The translations under genes were made by a program, and so were the position numbers. Positions 49,809 through 64,000 of a DNA stretch of 64,000 nucleotides are shown here, in pieces. A model generated the notes under the pieces. It was not told the DNA's origin, searched no databases, and worked only from the letters and a program-made list of their open reading frames with translations. The stretch's first letter is position 1; every line of letters starts with the position of its first letter. Source of the stretch: Podarcis vaucheri (taxonomy: Eukaryota); the NCBI GenBank assembly GCA_965113315.1, contig OZ220363.1. One strand, written 5' to 3'.

Positions 49809-52800
49809 GTGAGGCAAGATTAACTATTTGGATTTGGGGTGGGCAAAGTTGACTATTGCTTGATGTTTGACCAGGAAAGGGGCTTCCTGTATGGTTACAG
49901 GAAGAAGGGAAGCCTCCTGAAATGAGCTTCTAAACCTGTGAAGGCAGGAGTAGGGAACCTGTCATTCTCTAGCTGGACTTCAGTTCCCATCAGAACCAGC
50001 AAGGTCATCTGTCAGGGATGATGGGAGTTGTAGTCCATCAATGCATGGACTACAGCTTCTCTACCCCTGTTATAAGGGGACTTTCCTGATGAGACGATAG
50101 CCAGTGAGAAGGTGTGTGCGTTTGTGTGTGTGTGGAGGGTGGGGTTATGATACCTGTATGGGAGTGTGACATGAGAAGAATGACACGTGTTTTGGCATGT
50201 CTGGGGCTTCTGAGTAAATAATAGACCCAGGTGGTTATTTAATAGAAGAGGGATTCTGCAGGGGATGGTCTCAGCCTGCACAAAAAGGCAGGCTGAGGTG
50301 GAATGCAAGATCAGACATCGGAAGAGGCTTACGTTGATCCATACCTGCTCAGTGTTCTTTTGTCTCTTGTGCAGCCCTGGGGAAAGCGGTGCACTCTCTT
50401 TCCCGTGTCGGAGATGAAATTTACATTGAGCCTCTTCAAGAAGGGGTAAGGTGACAGGCTGGGAGGTGTAGGGAAGGTCTGTCTAGTGTGTTTATTGCTT
50501 ATAACTCTCAGAATGGAAGATTTATCAGTGAGACATCATCTGCAAGCTAAGTGAGGGGAGTCTCTGTTGCAGAGCAGCAACACTATCCTGGTATTGCAAT
50601 GGCTGGGGATGGGGTATGCGGCCTTGGACTGCCAGCTCCCACTTGTCCTGGCCAGCACATCCAGGGGTCAGGGAAGATGGGGGTTGTAGTCCCTCAGCAT
50701 CCAGAGAGCCACAGGTTCCTCTGGCCTAAGCCATTGCAGCTGTCTCATTGATCAGCATGTTGTATGTGCTGGGAGCTGTTTGATGATGCTGGTTTGTCCT
50801 GTTTGGGAGGCAGCAATGCTGTGTCTTTAGAAAGCAGGATTTGAACTACTTAGGACAAGGACAAAGAAGCTAAGAGGGGTGTGGGGAATCTTCTCTGTGA
50901 CAATGATGGAGTTAATGACACTTCCTATCCTTGTTTCCCCAGCTCTCCTTGCGTACGGTCAATGCGTCCCGCTCGGCCTATGCCTGCTTCCTGTTTGCCC
51001 CGCTCTTCTTCCAGTTCTACCAGCCAGGGGAATCGGAATCTGACTTGGATGCAGGTGGTTTCCGGTGCAAAGTGCTCATGAAGGTGAGGGGCCCACATGA
51101 GGCTGTTGAAAGGTCAGGATGGGGCAATGCAGGCTTTTATCAGAAGACCAATGAACTCCAACCTGGTACTTGTTGCCTATAGTTCTCTTTGCAAGCACCA
51201 ATGATGGCCTGGTCTGCGCAGACACCCCATATGTACCACTTTGTACTGCAGGTGATAGTGGTGAAAAATCACTGCATAGTTGCAAAAATGGCATGTTAGA
51301 GAAGAGGCTTGGCTAAGTAATTCTCTGACATTTAGTTATTTTTTCACATGCACTATTGTTTTTTTAAGCAAAGCAGCAGGCACTCAGTGGGTTGAGTGGT
51401 TGAAATGTGCTCAGTATTGTGCTGCACAGATCCTTCCAAGGATTTTCCATCTCCCTAAGTTCTGTTCTGATAAGATGGTGAAGTAATAGGTGTCTCAGTA
51501 AGTATTAGAAATGATGCTGAATGGAACTTCCAGGTTGAGGAGCAATATACCTCTGAGTAACAATGCTAAGGGGAAAAAACTAAAGGAAGGACATTGCCTT
51601 AATGCCCTGCTTGCTAGCTTCTCAGAAGCATCTAGATAACCATGGTCATTGGAAAGCTGCTTTAGATGGATGCTTGGCCTGATTCAGCAGTGCAAGGATA
51701 GGTAGAAGAATGTTTTTGGTGTTTGCGTGTTTCAGAGTGGAGGAGAGCTTTCAATATACAGGTTATTTTTATAAGCCACTGTGATTTTTCACCCTCTGTT
51801 GATTGCCACAAATACCTTCCAAGGCTTAAAGAAACGAATGCCTTCCAAGCTCCATCTGCAGCTCACTTAAGGTCATTGCACTTCCCTATTGTTGCTCAAC
51901 TAAGTGGCAAGAAAGCAGTATTTGTGCAGACTTTCAAAACTGAATTGTTTTTACTCCTGGAAGTAACTCTGCCAGAATCAGAGCACCCCAGCTCAGTTCT
52001 CTGAGACAAAGTTAGTGGCTTCAGCAGTTGAGTGTTTTCCCCCCCATTACATTCATTATATCCCATCTTTCCTCTCTGTGGCATAGGTGGTCTCTGTTTT
52101 CCCTCAGTTTTATCCTCATGACAAACCTGTGAGGTAGAACAAGCCTAGAGATAGTGTCTGGCCCAAGATGACTAAGCTAAGTGGAGATATGAACCTGAGT
52201 CTCCCCAGGCCTAGTCAGACACTAACCACTGCCCCACACTGGTCCTGGCTTTTCCTTTTGAGGAAACCACATGTACAGAACTCTGGCTTTCCTTCTCGTT
52301 CCCTCCAGTCTTTCCTGGCTATCTTCCGCTCACTCCCCTCACTGGAGAAGACGGTGGAGAAATGCCTCATCTCGCTCAGTTCCCATGCTAGCCGGTTCCG
52401 TGTGAAGCTGTACTGCAAATATGGTGAGCGTTGGGGGTGGGGAAGAGGAGGAACCTTACTTGGGTGTGCAGAGTGATACCCTGGAAGATGTAGAATCCTT
52501 GAAATGTAGTCTGGGAAGGGACCCAAAGGGTTCTTTAGTCTAACCCCCTGCAGTGCAGGAATCACAGCTAATATGGTAGGGATAAATATGGCTGAAAGTG
52601 TGGCCTTGAGTGCCATCTCCAGTGCAGTCCATCAGGCTGCCGGTACTGAGTTAGGAGACAGGGCCATGAGGTGTTCCAAATGCATGGGGAGAAAATAATA
52701 CAACCAAAAAAGGGAGTGAAGATCAGTTTTGTGAGTCATGAGCCCTCTGCCTCGCTTAATCTTGAGGAGCAAAGAGATGCAGAGAATCCACAACCCTGAG

Positions 52801-55800
52801 TAAGGATCCTAGCTGGTTTCTGCAAAAAAGCATAATTGAAGATCATGGTCCTGTTCTAATGGGGGCAGAGGGTAGGGACACAGCGGTGACTGATGTCTCC
52901 TAAAGGTGAGGGTTCTCACCAGTGGTGGCTAGTGCCCATTGAGACTGGCAGGCCAGAAGGCAGAGAGGCCAGCAGGAGGAGAAGCCAGAGCCAATGGTAG
53001 GCAAAGCCCACTAATTCTAGCTTTATTTGTGCTTCTTTTATTGTATCTGCTTTTATCTTTCTCTATCCCAGTGAACAGCATTTCCATTGAAAACGCTAGC
53101 ATAAGCTTATTTCATTTAATCAGAATCCTCATTTCAAATCCCTCTGCACTTTTGCTTTAAACTTCATGGGAAAAAGAAAGGTTCGTATGAATAGAAACAA
53201 GCTTCTCAGTTCTTTCACACGGCAATTTGGTGGTTCAACCACTGATCAGCCCGTTTCACTTAATGCAGAAGATGGAGAATTCTTGAGATGCATGAGAAGC
53301 AAGAGGAGATGGAGGCTGTGCTGTGTGAAAGCTTTGCTTCCACCCTACAGGAGCAGTGTGCCTGGCAGACTTCCAGATTGGGACATTTAACCTGAAGGTG
53401 TCTTGGCATTCTGCAACAATCAAAAGCACTTTTCCAGCGACAGGTGTTGCTCGTGCAGTAATCCAGTCACTATCTATGGATCTTGAATCTAAAGATTTGT
53501 AGCAACATGAACTGGCTGTAACAATTCCATTTTANNNNNNNNNNNNNNNNNNNNNNNNNNNNNNNNNNNNNNNNNNNNNNNNNNNNNNNNNNNNNNNNNN
53601 NNNNNNNNNNNNNNNNNNNNNNNNNNNNNNNNNNNNNNNNNNNNNNNNNNNNNNNNNNNNNNNNNNNNNNNNNNNNNNNNNNNNNNNNNNNNNNNNNNNN
53701 NNNNNNNNNNNNNNNNNNNNNCTCCATCCCCAATGTCTGGTGGCTGCTGCTCTTTTCCATTTTAGGCCTGGGGTGGGGTAGACCATTGCTGCCTTCTCCT
53801 TATGTCTGCTCCTTGCATTGCTCAGAGTCTTCCGGGAGACAGAATGCCCTGGAGCCATTTTCCACTGACACTCTTTATCTATGTCTCTGCAGGTGTCATC
53901 AAGACCCATGACTTGTCATTCCAGGACTGTGAATCCCTGCAGGCAGTCTTTGACACAGGGCAGTGTGCTCATGCTCTTCATGCCCCTCCCAGGTGGGACC
54001 ATGGTATGGTTGAGAGATATTGCAGTATAGGGAGAATTGATGTGCATAGACCAGTCTACTTATACTAAAGATGCATCAACTGCAGCGTGGAAGGAATGAG
54101 GAACATGGGTTGCTATTGGGTCTGGGAATCAACGGATGCTTTGTGTGGGCTGATGCTGTGCCATGGTTCTTTAATTAGGGCAAAGAGTATTATATGCAGA
54201 AGGAAAGTGGGGATGTTCAGCCACGAAAGCCACTTCCCCCTCTTATCACCTTTCTCTGCCCCTCCTTCATCTATTTCAGGCTATTGGTGGATGCTGTGGT
54301 GCATTTTCCATTGACACAGGCTGAGGTGACCCTGGGTGCCAGCCCTTCTGGGAAGGTGACCTTGCGCAGTTACCTGGAAGAAGAGACAGGTGAGCTGCCC
54401 GCCGTGACTCGGCTTCCATCTTATCCCCAGAGCCCATCAAAGGATGGGATACTTAATTTGCCCATCTCAAGAACCTTTAGATCACATATGAGGGCATCCT
54501 ATATGTGCAACTGGGGATGATAGGAGGTGGAGAGTTCCTGCAGGGTCCGTGGCCTGCCTTTATGTGGCTAGCAGTTTCTCCTTAGCAGTTTTCTTGTGGG
54601 AAGTGTTGACAGTGGTAGCTGTCAAATGAGGGCCTTCTTTGATCCCCACCTCTCCCTCAGAGCCCAGCCGGATGATGGTGACTGAGCTCTGTTTGAGCGA
54701 GGATGAGTTCCAGGTCTTCCATGTCAAGGAAGAGACGCAAGTCACTTTCTGCCTCAAGGAATTCCGGGTGAGTTTGCTTCCCCTCTCCTTGCCCTCATTT
54801 GAAATGGGTGGCCTTGTGCTCTTTCCAACCTCTTTCACCTCTCTCTAACAGGGCCTTCTGAGCTTTGCTGAGTCCTCAAATCTCCCCCTCAACATCCACT
54901 TTGACATCCCTGGCAGGTAAGCCTTCACGAGGGATGTTCTGGAGGGGAAGCACCTTCGTGGCTAAATGAAACTCCCTTCTGCAGGAGGCAGTAGGCCACT
55001 GAATGCCAGCTGCTGGGAAACAGCTGCATGGGAAGGGTTAGTTGCCATCATGCTTGCGAGCTTCCTAGGGGGACCTGGTTGGCCACTGCAGAAGCGAGAG
55101 TGCTGGACCAGATGGTCCTTTGGTCTGATCTTGTGAGGTTGCCCAGAAGAGCAGCCCTGGCTTGTTGCCAGTCCTGTAACAGCCAGCAGCCAGACTTTGT
55201 TTGCTTCATTGCAAGAGTAGGGCCCTTGGCTCCATTAGCTGCAGCTTTCTCTGCCATCCCCCCCTTGATTCCCCTTTAGCCCCCAAGCCTGTGCCTTGAG
55301 AATCCTGCTCTCATCAGTTCTCTCCTCGCAGGCCAGCTATCTTCACCCTGGAGGACCCTGTGCTGAATGTGCACCTGGTCTTGGCCACTCTGGCTGAGAG
55401 AGAGAGTTCAGAGAAGAACAACAACAGGTAAGCAGGGTTGAAGCTCCTGCACCACAAAATCTGGCACGCCCTGAAGTGGAGCAGGGTGCAGGGAGGATCC
55501 CAGAGGACAATGACATATTTGGTAGGAGTGCCGTCTCTGCTTGGCACATTTGTTGTTGTTTAGTCGTTTAGTCGTGTCCGACTCTTCGTGACCCCATGGA
55601 CCAGAGCACGCCGGGCACCTCTGTGCTCTTGGCATCATTTTGTCATAGGTGTTTTTATAGCATAGTGAACAGATCTGCCTGACATTTTCCAGTCCTGACC
55701 TGAGCTACCATCTTAGCAGCTATATACAGTTGCCTTGGTTACTCTTGGAACAGCTCAGTGTCTCAGCTTTCTGTTAAACATTTTATGTCATTTTTAGCCT

Positions 55801-57154
55801 TTTAAACTTAGGTAGTTTGTGTCAGTGTGTTTGGAACTGGGGCTTGCTTAAATGGATAAGGATGTGAGAGATGAAGGCCTTATGAAGTCCCTTCCAACCC
55901 TATGATTTCCGTCTAGCTTATTGAACTTCTCTCTTGGAACCCTCTTGTCAATAAAACAAACACCTTAGTCATGAGTCCCCAAAAAGAAACCATTTCTATT
56001 TGTTGGGGTGTCTCTTCACAGAAAGTGCTTCCTCACAGCTCTGCTCCTATATCTCTCTTACGCCAGCACATCCAAGCCTGCTTACGATTTCGCCGGTGAT
56101 GACATTGATGCCTACATGATAGCCATGGAAACCACCTGCGAAGGCACAGAGGGGGCAGAAGCCCCTCCCAGCCCCACCTTCCCCTCGAGACGCACCTTTT
56201 CTGATACAAGGGAGTTGGAAAGCGATCCTGAGGGAACTGTGCCTGGCACACCGCCACAAAAAAGGGTACGTGCAGAGAGGGATCAGAGCATGAATGTGTA
56301 GTGGAAAGTGTGAGGCACTGTGGCCCTGCAGATCTCTTGACCACTTTACAATTCTAGTGGGTGTGCATTCAGTGGTTCAGAATGTACCCAGAATGCAGGA
56401 GGAAAAAAAGGTGGAATCTGTTTCAGTACAGGAAGGTGTGATAGGCATAGTCTGTTTCGGCAGTGTTCATCCACACAGTACAGGTCACAAGAGGGTGCAT
56501 GTTGAGCCTTGGAATATGTACCTGCTAGAGCTGTAATATGTTGCACATCCCTTACTTACTCTTGATTCAGTTAAAGTTCATTGAAACTAGACTTCCATGG
56601 AAAGCAAAGAGGCTGTAGTCACTTAACAGCTTGCTTGTTCATTGGCCCGTAATCATGACTATCTGGACCTGGAGCAGAGCCATAGAATTCCAGTGGCAGC
56701 AGTCAAGCTTTGGTAATGGCACGATTGCAAAATCTGGGTTTTTTAAGACAGTGGAAGGGAATCGGTAGGGTGTGGTAGAAACTAGACACTTAAGAGATGC
56801 TGTTAGTTTGGGAGTGGTTTGGAGGAACATGGAAACTAGCTGAACACTCAGGTCCTGACCACAACATGCCCCCCACTGAATGCTATATGCTTATTTTCAA
56901 GTATATTTCTATGGCCTTCTTAACCTAATACATTTTTAATATTATCAACCGTGCAAGATTCTGGTATATCAACAACGTACTATTTCTAGATCTCTTGCAA
57001 ACCTGCACCCCCAAGACATGTCTTTGCCCTGCTTTTGTTTCATTTGCAGTTCCGCTCCTTGTTCTTTGGGTCGGTCCTCAGCCCATCACAGCCCTTGGTC
57101 CACTCATGTACAAGCCAAGAGGTGTTGGCAGAAGACAGTGAGGGAGAAACGTGA
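49775..57154 (+). CDS. RAD9A: RAD9A, checkpoint clamp (9-1-1) component A; complete spliced CDS, 11 coding exons, 1143 nt / 380 aa
   Basis: Join 49775-49808, 50375-50445, 50943-51083, 52309-52423, 53893-53992, 54280-54389, 54661-54767, 54852-54916, 55332-55427, 56067-56265, 57050-57154. All introns are GT-AG with consistent phases. Translation [28 protein letters not shown]...FRSLFFGS...LAEDSEGET* closely matches vertebrate RAD9A. Adjacency to PPP1CA supports A rather than B. Confidence 0.97.
50375..50445 (+). CDS. RAD9A: RAD9A coding exon 2 ([24 protein letters not shown])
   Basis: tgcag|...GGG|gtaagg, 71 nt. Confidence 0.96.
50943..51083 (+). CDS. RAD9A: RAD9A coding exon 3 ([23 protein letters not shown]...RCKVLMK)
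   Basis: cccag|...AAG|gtgagg, 141 nt. Confidence 0.97.
52309..52423 (+). CDS. RAD9A: RAD9A coding exon 4 ([19 protein letters not shown]...YCKY)
   Basis: tccag|...TATG|gtgagc, 115 nt. Confidence 0.97.
53535..53721. other. Assembly gap (187 N) in a RAD9A intron
   Basis: Run of n. The flanking exons join in phase, so no RAD9A exon is missing. Confidence 0.99.
53893..53992 (+). CDS. RAD9A: RAD9A coding exon 5 ([21 protein letters not shown]...APPR)
   Basis: tgcag|...CCAG|gtggga, 100 nt. Confidence 0.96.
54280..54389 (+). CDS. RAD9A: RAD9A coding exon 6 ([18 protein letters not shown]...RSYLEEET)
   Basis: ttcag|...ACAG|gtgagc, 110 nt. Confidence 0.96.
54661..54767 (+). CDS. RAD9A: RAD9A coding exon 7 ([18 protein letters not shown]...TFCLKEFR)
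   Basis: ctcag|...CGG|gtgagt, 107 nt. Confidence 0.96.
54852..54916 (+). CDS. RAD9A: RAD9A coding exon 8 ([22 protein letters not shown])
   Basis: aacag|...GCAG|gtaagc, 65 nt. Confidence 0.96.
55332..55427 (+). CDS. RAD9A: RAD9A coding exon 9 ([31 protein letters not shown])
   Basis: cgcag|...ACAG|gtaagc, 96 nt. Confidence 0.95.
55552..55627 (-). mobile_element. Very short Bov-B 3' end
   Basis: GTTGTTGTTTAGTCGTTTAGTCGTGTCCGACTC...; degenerate TSD CTTGGCA(T)CATTT. Confidence 0.8.
56067..56265 (+). CDS. RAD9A: RAD9A coding exon 10 ([23 protein letters not shown]...VPGTPPQKR)
   Basis: gccag|C...AGG|gtacgt; conserved DDIDxYMIAME and VPGTPP motifs. The acceptor could alternatively be at 56022 (same phase). 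Confidence 0.9.
57050..57154 (+). CDS. RAD9A: RAD9A last coding exon ([10 protein letters not shown]...LAEDSEGET*)
   Basis: tgcag|TTCCGC...TGA; conserved C-terminal LAEDSEGE motif (TOPBP1-binding phosphosite, human S387). Confidence 0.96.
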   Translation, partial: FRSLFFGSVLSPSQPLVHSCTSQEVLAEDSEGET

Positions 57155-57471
57155 GAGGTCCCCCAGCTACTGCTAGAAATGAGATGTTTCAAGCTAAGCA
57201 GCTTGAGCCCTCTTTTGGGTTGGATCCCAGGCTGCCCCTCTTCAGCTCTCCTGCTGCTCCCCAGAGAATCAGCGCTGAATTGTGTGGTTCTTCCATCATG
57301 GAGGGAAAAAAACCTTCTGTAGACAGAACCACATTGAGACATGACACATAGATCTACCTTCTTTGCTAAAGTATTACTGCACGCCTTTGAAAGGGAGGCG
57401 GATGCGAGAGATTAGACTTTCCTCCAGTGGGTTTGTGGCTAACATCCATAGATGTAAAATACTTATTTTCT

Positions 57472-57477
57472 AATAAA
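57472..57477 (+). terminator. RAD9A: RAD9A polyadenylation signal
   Basis: AATAAA about 320 nt after the stop, followed by GT-rich sequence. Confidence 0.7.
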
Positions 57478-59474
57478 AATTTTTAAGATGTTTTGACTGT
57501 GGTGTGAATTGTTGCTGTGGTTATCCATCAGTTGCTGTAGCCTTCTTTTTACTGCCTTCCACTCCACGCCTCTTGAGCCAGCCTTCTCTTCCTCCCTTGT
57601 AATTAACCTGTTTCATTGCTAAACCTATAATTTAGCTGTCGGGCAGATGGGAATTGAAGGTTGATTACAGGAAAGGGATCTGTAGCAGCCAGGGTGGTAT
57701 TAGTAAACTACAGTACTATGTAAAGCACAGGAGGTAGCAGAGGAGAGCATTGCTATTTCCTCTTTCCTTCTGCAGGCAGGTGAATAGATTTCAGCCCTAA
57801 CTACAAGCATCAGAATCATTGGCAAACATATTTTGTTATCCTCTGTTGCCACAATATAAAGTCACTTTAAGAAGTCCGTCCCTCTGGTAAAACAACGGTG
57901 CCCATCCACAGTGCAGGCCTGGTGTCTTTTCCAGATGGACTCCAGGGGAGGAAGCCAGCATTGTGCTCTTATCACATTTTGGCTTGCCAGGTAGAACAAT
58001 CCTCATCCTGTGCTGCTCTAAGGGTTCTCCTAACACCCCCCAGAGCTTATTTTGCCATGGGGGAACCGTGTTGTGCAAGTGGAAATCCTTGTGCCATTTC
58101 CACTGGTGGGATTCATCAGTTGAATCCCACTCCTAATGCAGAATCAATCCCCACCCTGTCAGTGTAGCTCAAAATGCTGTTAGTTATCTAATAAGAACTC
58201 TTGCCTTTCCTGGCCCAAAATATCTGTCCTTAGTAGGCCTCTAGTTCTATTCTACTGGATAGGCACAGCTTCCTGTGTCCTGCCTTGCTTTTTGCTTAAG
58301 CCCCGCAGGATTGCCTTGGCTGAGGACCACAGCAAATTCCTACAAGCTGCTGATAACTGTGCTGTGGCTTGGGATTTAACTAGAGATTAAGCAAGCAACA
58401 ACAAACCAATTCACATTAAGAAGGCAGGGGGAAAGGCTCCCTTAAACAGCTTACGGTGAGGAGGTGGTGTTACATAACCCTGTTAGTAGTATCATGTGTT
58501 AAAAGTATCATGGGAGCTTTCAGCACAGCCCTACTGGAATCTAAATTGGGTGCATTAGCACCGATTCTCAATCCACTGGTCTGTGTGAGCTAATGGATAT
58601 AGAAGAATCTAAAATAAGGACCGTTTCTGCATCTTTAGGGTCCCTTGCGCAGCTTATGCTATTCATGCCACATACACTTATGCTCTTCAGAGCTAGGAAG
58701 CCTTCATGCCTCTACGAAAGGGGCTGTCTTACCACATAGTGCCACTGCATAGCTCAGCTTCTCTATTCCATTTCAAGCTTGCAGGCAATGCAGGTAGGTG
58801 AGGAGAGTAAGATATAGGTGGTGGTTAGTGAAGAAAACAAACTACAGAGATACCGAAGCAAGCCAGTTTTTCAACATGAAAAGTCTTAAAACTGGTAACC
58901 AGAGGATCCTGCAAAGGTAGTCACAAATGGCTCCATGTCAGCCAAAGTGCAAAGGGGATTTTAGCAGGCGAAATATGGAAAGGTAATTGGGGACAGAGGG
59001 CAAGATGTCTTTTAAGATGCTTCGTCTTGATCGTGTAACTTGCTCCCATTTCTAAGAATGTGTGTGCAGCCTTGCTGCATCAAAGCCCCATCTGGCCCAG
59101 CATCCCATATGCCTCTGGGAAGCCCATAACTGCACTCTCCCTACTTTAAGATTCCAAACAGCTGGTATTGCAGAGGCATGTCACTTCTACTACAGCTATC
59201 TGGAGGCCCTACCCTCCATGAATTTGCCTAATCCCCTTTTCAAGCCATCAAAGCTGTTGGCCACCACTACATCTAATGGAAGCAAGCTCCACCGTTTTGC
59301 TAGGCACTGTGGAAGGAGGACTTCATTTTATCTGTCCTGAACCTTCCAACATCCTCTCCTCCACACCTCCTAAGGAGAGCTTGTTTCATCCTCCAAGGCG
59401 CATCATGCAGCCCCATTCATTTTATTCTCCCCAAACAGTCGACAAAGGAGCAGCTACATAAGAATCTTAACATG

Positions 59475-59480
59475 TTTATT
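59475..59480 (-). terminator. PPP1CA: PPP1CA polyadenylation signal
   Basis: TTTATT on plus = AATAAA on minus, about 270 nt after the stop. Confidence 0.7.
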
Positions 59481-59751
59481 CAAAAAGATGTAGTAACCCC
59501 CCATGGGGGAAAGGGGGGAGCACACATCAGGACAAAGTTGGCAAAAAAGTCAATCAAAAATACCCCAAAAAATAAAGACATCCCCAATCCCAGGGGAGCA
59601 GAATTTTTGGTATTGAATTCTTATTCAGCCGTTTTCTTTAAAAAAATTACATGGCTGGGCCCTGGGGAGGTAAGCAGCCGCTGTACAGTGTAACCGCTAC
59701 GCAAGACAGCCTGGGCCCCACACCTACAGCTAGGGGGGCAGGCAGGGCTAG

Positions 59752-63595
<3,844 letters not shown>

Positions 63596-64000
63596 TCATA
63601 ACACAGCTCTCTCTTGTTCTGAGCAGGGGAGAGAGCAAGAGACCAAGAAGGGTACAAATGCAGATGATCCTCTTTCCTCCTCTCAGCTGCAAGGGTCTGA
63701 TGTGCTTCTAAGGAAGAGGCGGTGGCACAGGTCCAGGTTACTGAGGTCTTATGCACAGGGTACCAGTGAATCCCTTTGTCCTCTCCATGTCCTCATGCCC
63801 CAGCCCTTCTCCACTCTTGGTTGGCCCCACCCCTTACCTCTTCCTCTCTGCTTCTTTACGTTCTCAAATATTACTGTCCTCCTTTCTTCATCTTCTCCCC
63901 TCCTTCTACTTCCTTTCACCTGCTGATATTACCTGTCTCCCTCTCACTTTCCTTTTCATTTTGCTCACTTTCTTTTGACTTCTGCCACCTTCTCTGCCAC

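Noticed and set aside
18875-50727. Multiple ~135-nt hairpins as microRNA precursors
   Set aside because: They are dispersed copies of one palindromic MITE family

Overview
This is vertebrate genomic DNA from a squamate reptile. Sauria SINEs and Bov-B LINE fragments are diagnostic; a lacertid lizard is my inference. The window matches the conserved CLCF1-RAD9A-PPP1CA neighbourhood (human 11q13). It holds three genes. (1) The 5' end of CLCF1 on the minus strand: first coding exon MEFRAG at 25626-25641, and a probable alternative coding exon MLCVAGGGPG at 24628-24655. I could not find CLCF1 exons 2-3, so intron 1 probably runs off the left edge. (2) A complete RAD9A gene on the plus strand: CpG-island promoter at about 46.3-47.4 kb, a probable non-coding exon 1, and 11 coding exons from 49775 to 57154 giving 380 aa. 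(3) PPP1CA exons 3-7 on the minus strand (59752-63537), convergent with RAD9A. The rest is intron or intergenic sequence rich in SINEs, truncated LINEs (L2, CR1, Bov-B, L1/Tx1) and MITEs (hAT, Tc1/mariner-pogo, Harbinger), plus one 187-nt assembly gap. Almost all ORFs in the six-frame track are spurious. I found no evidence for a wholly new multi-gene system. The most interesting signals are regulatory: a possible N-terminal switch in CLCF1, an orphan CpG-rich promoter inside CLCF1 intron 1, a dense NF-kB/CRE/STAT/NR4A motif cluster, tandem CTCF sites, and a uORF overlapping a hairpin in the RAD9A leader.
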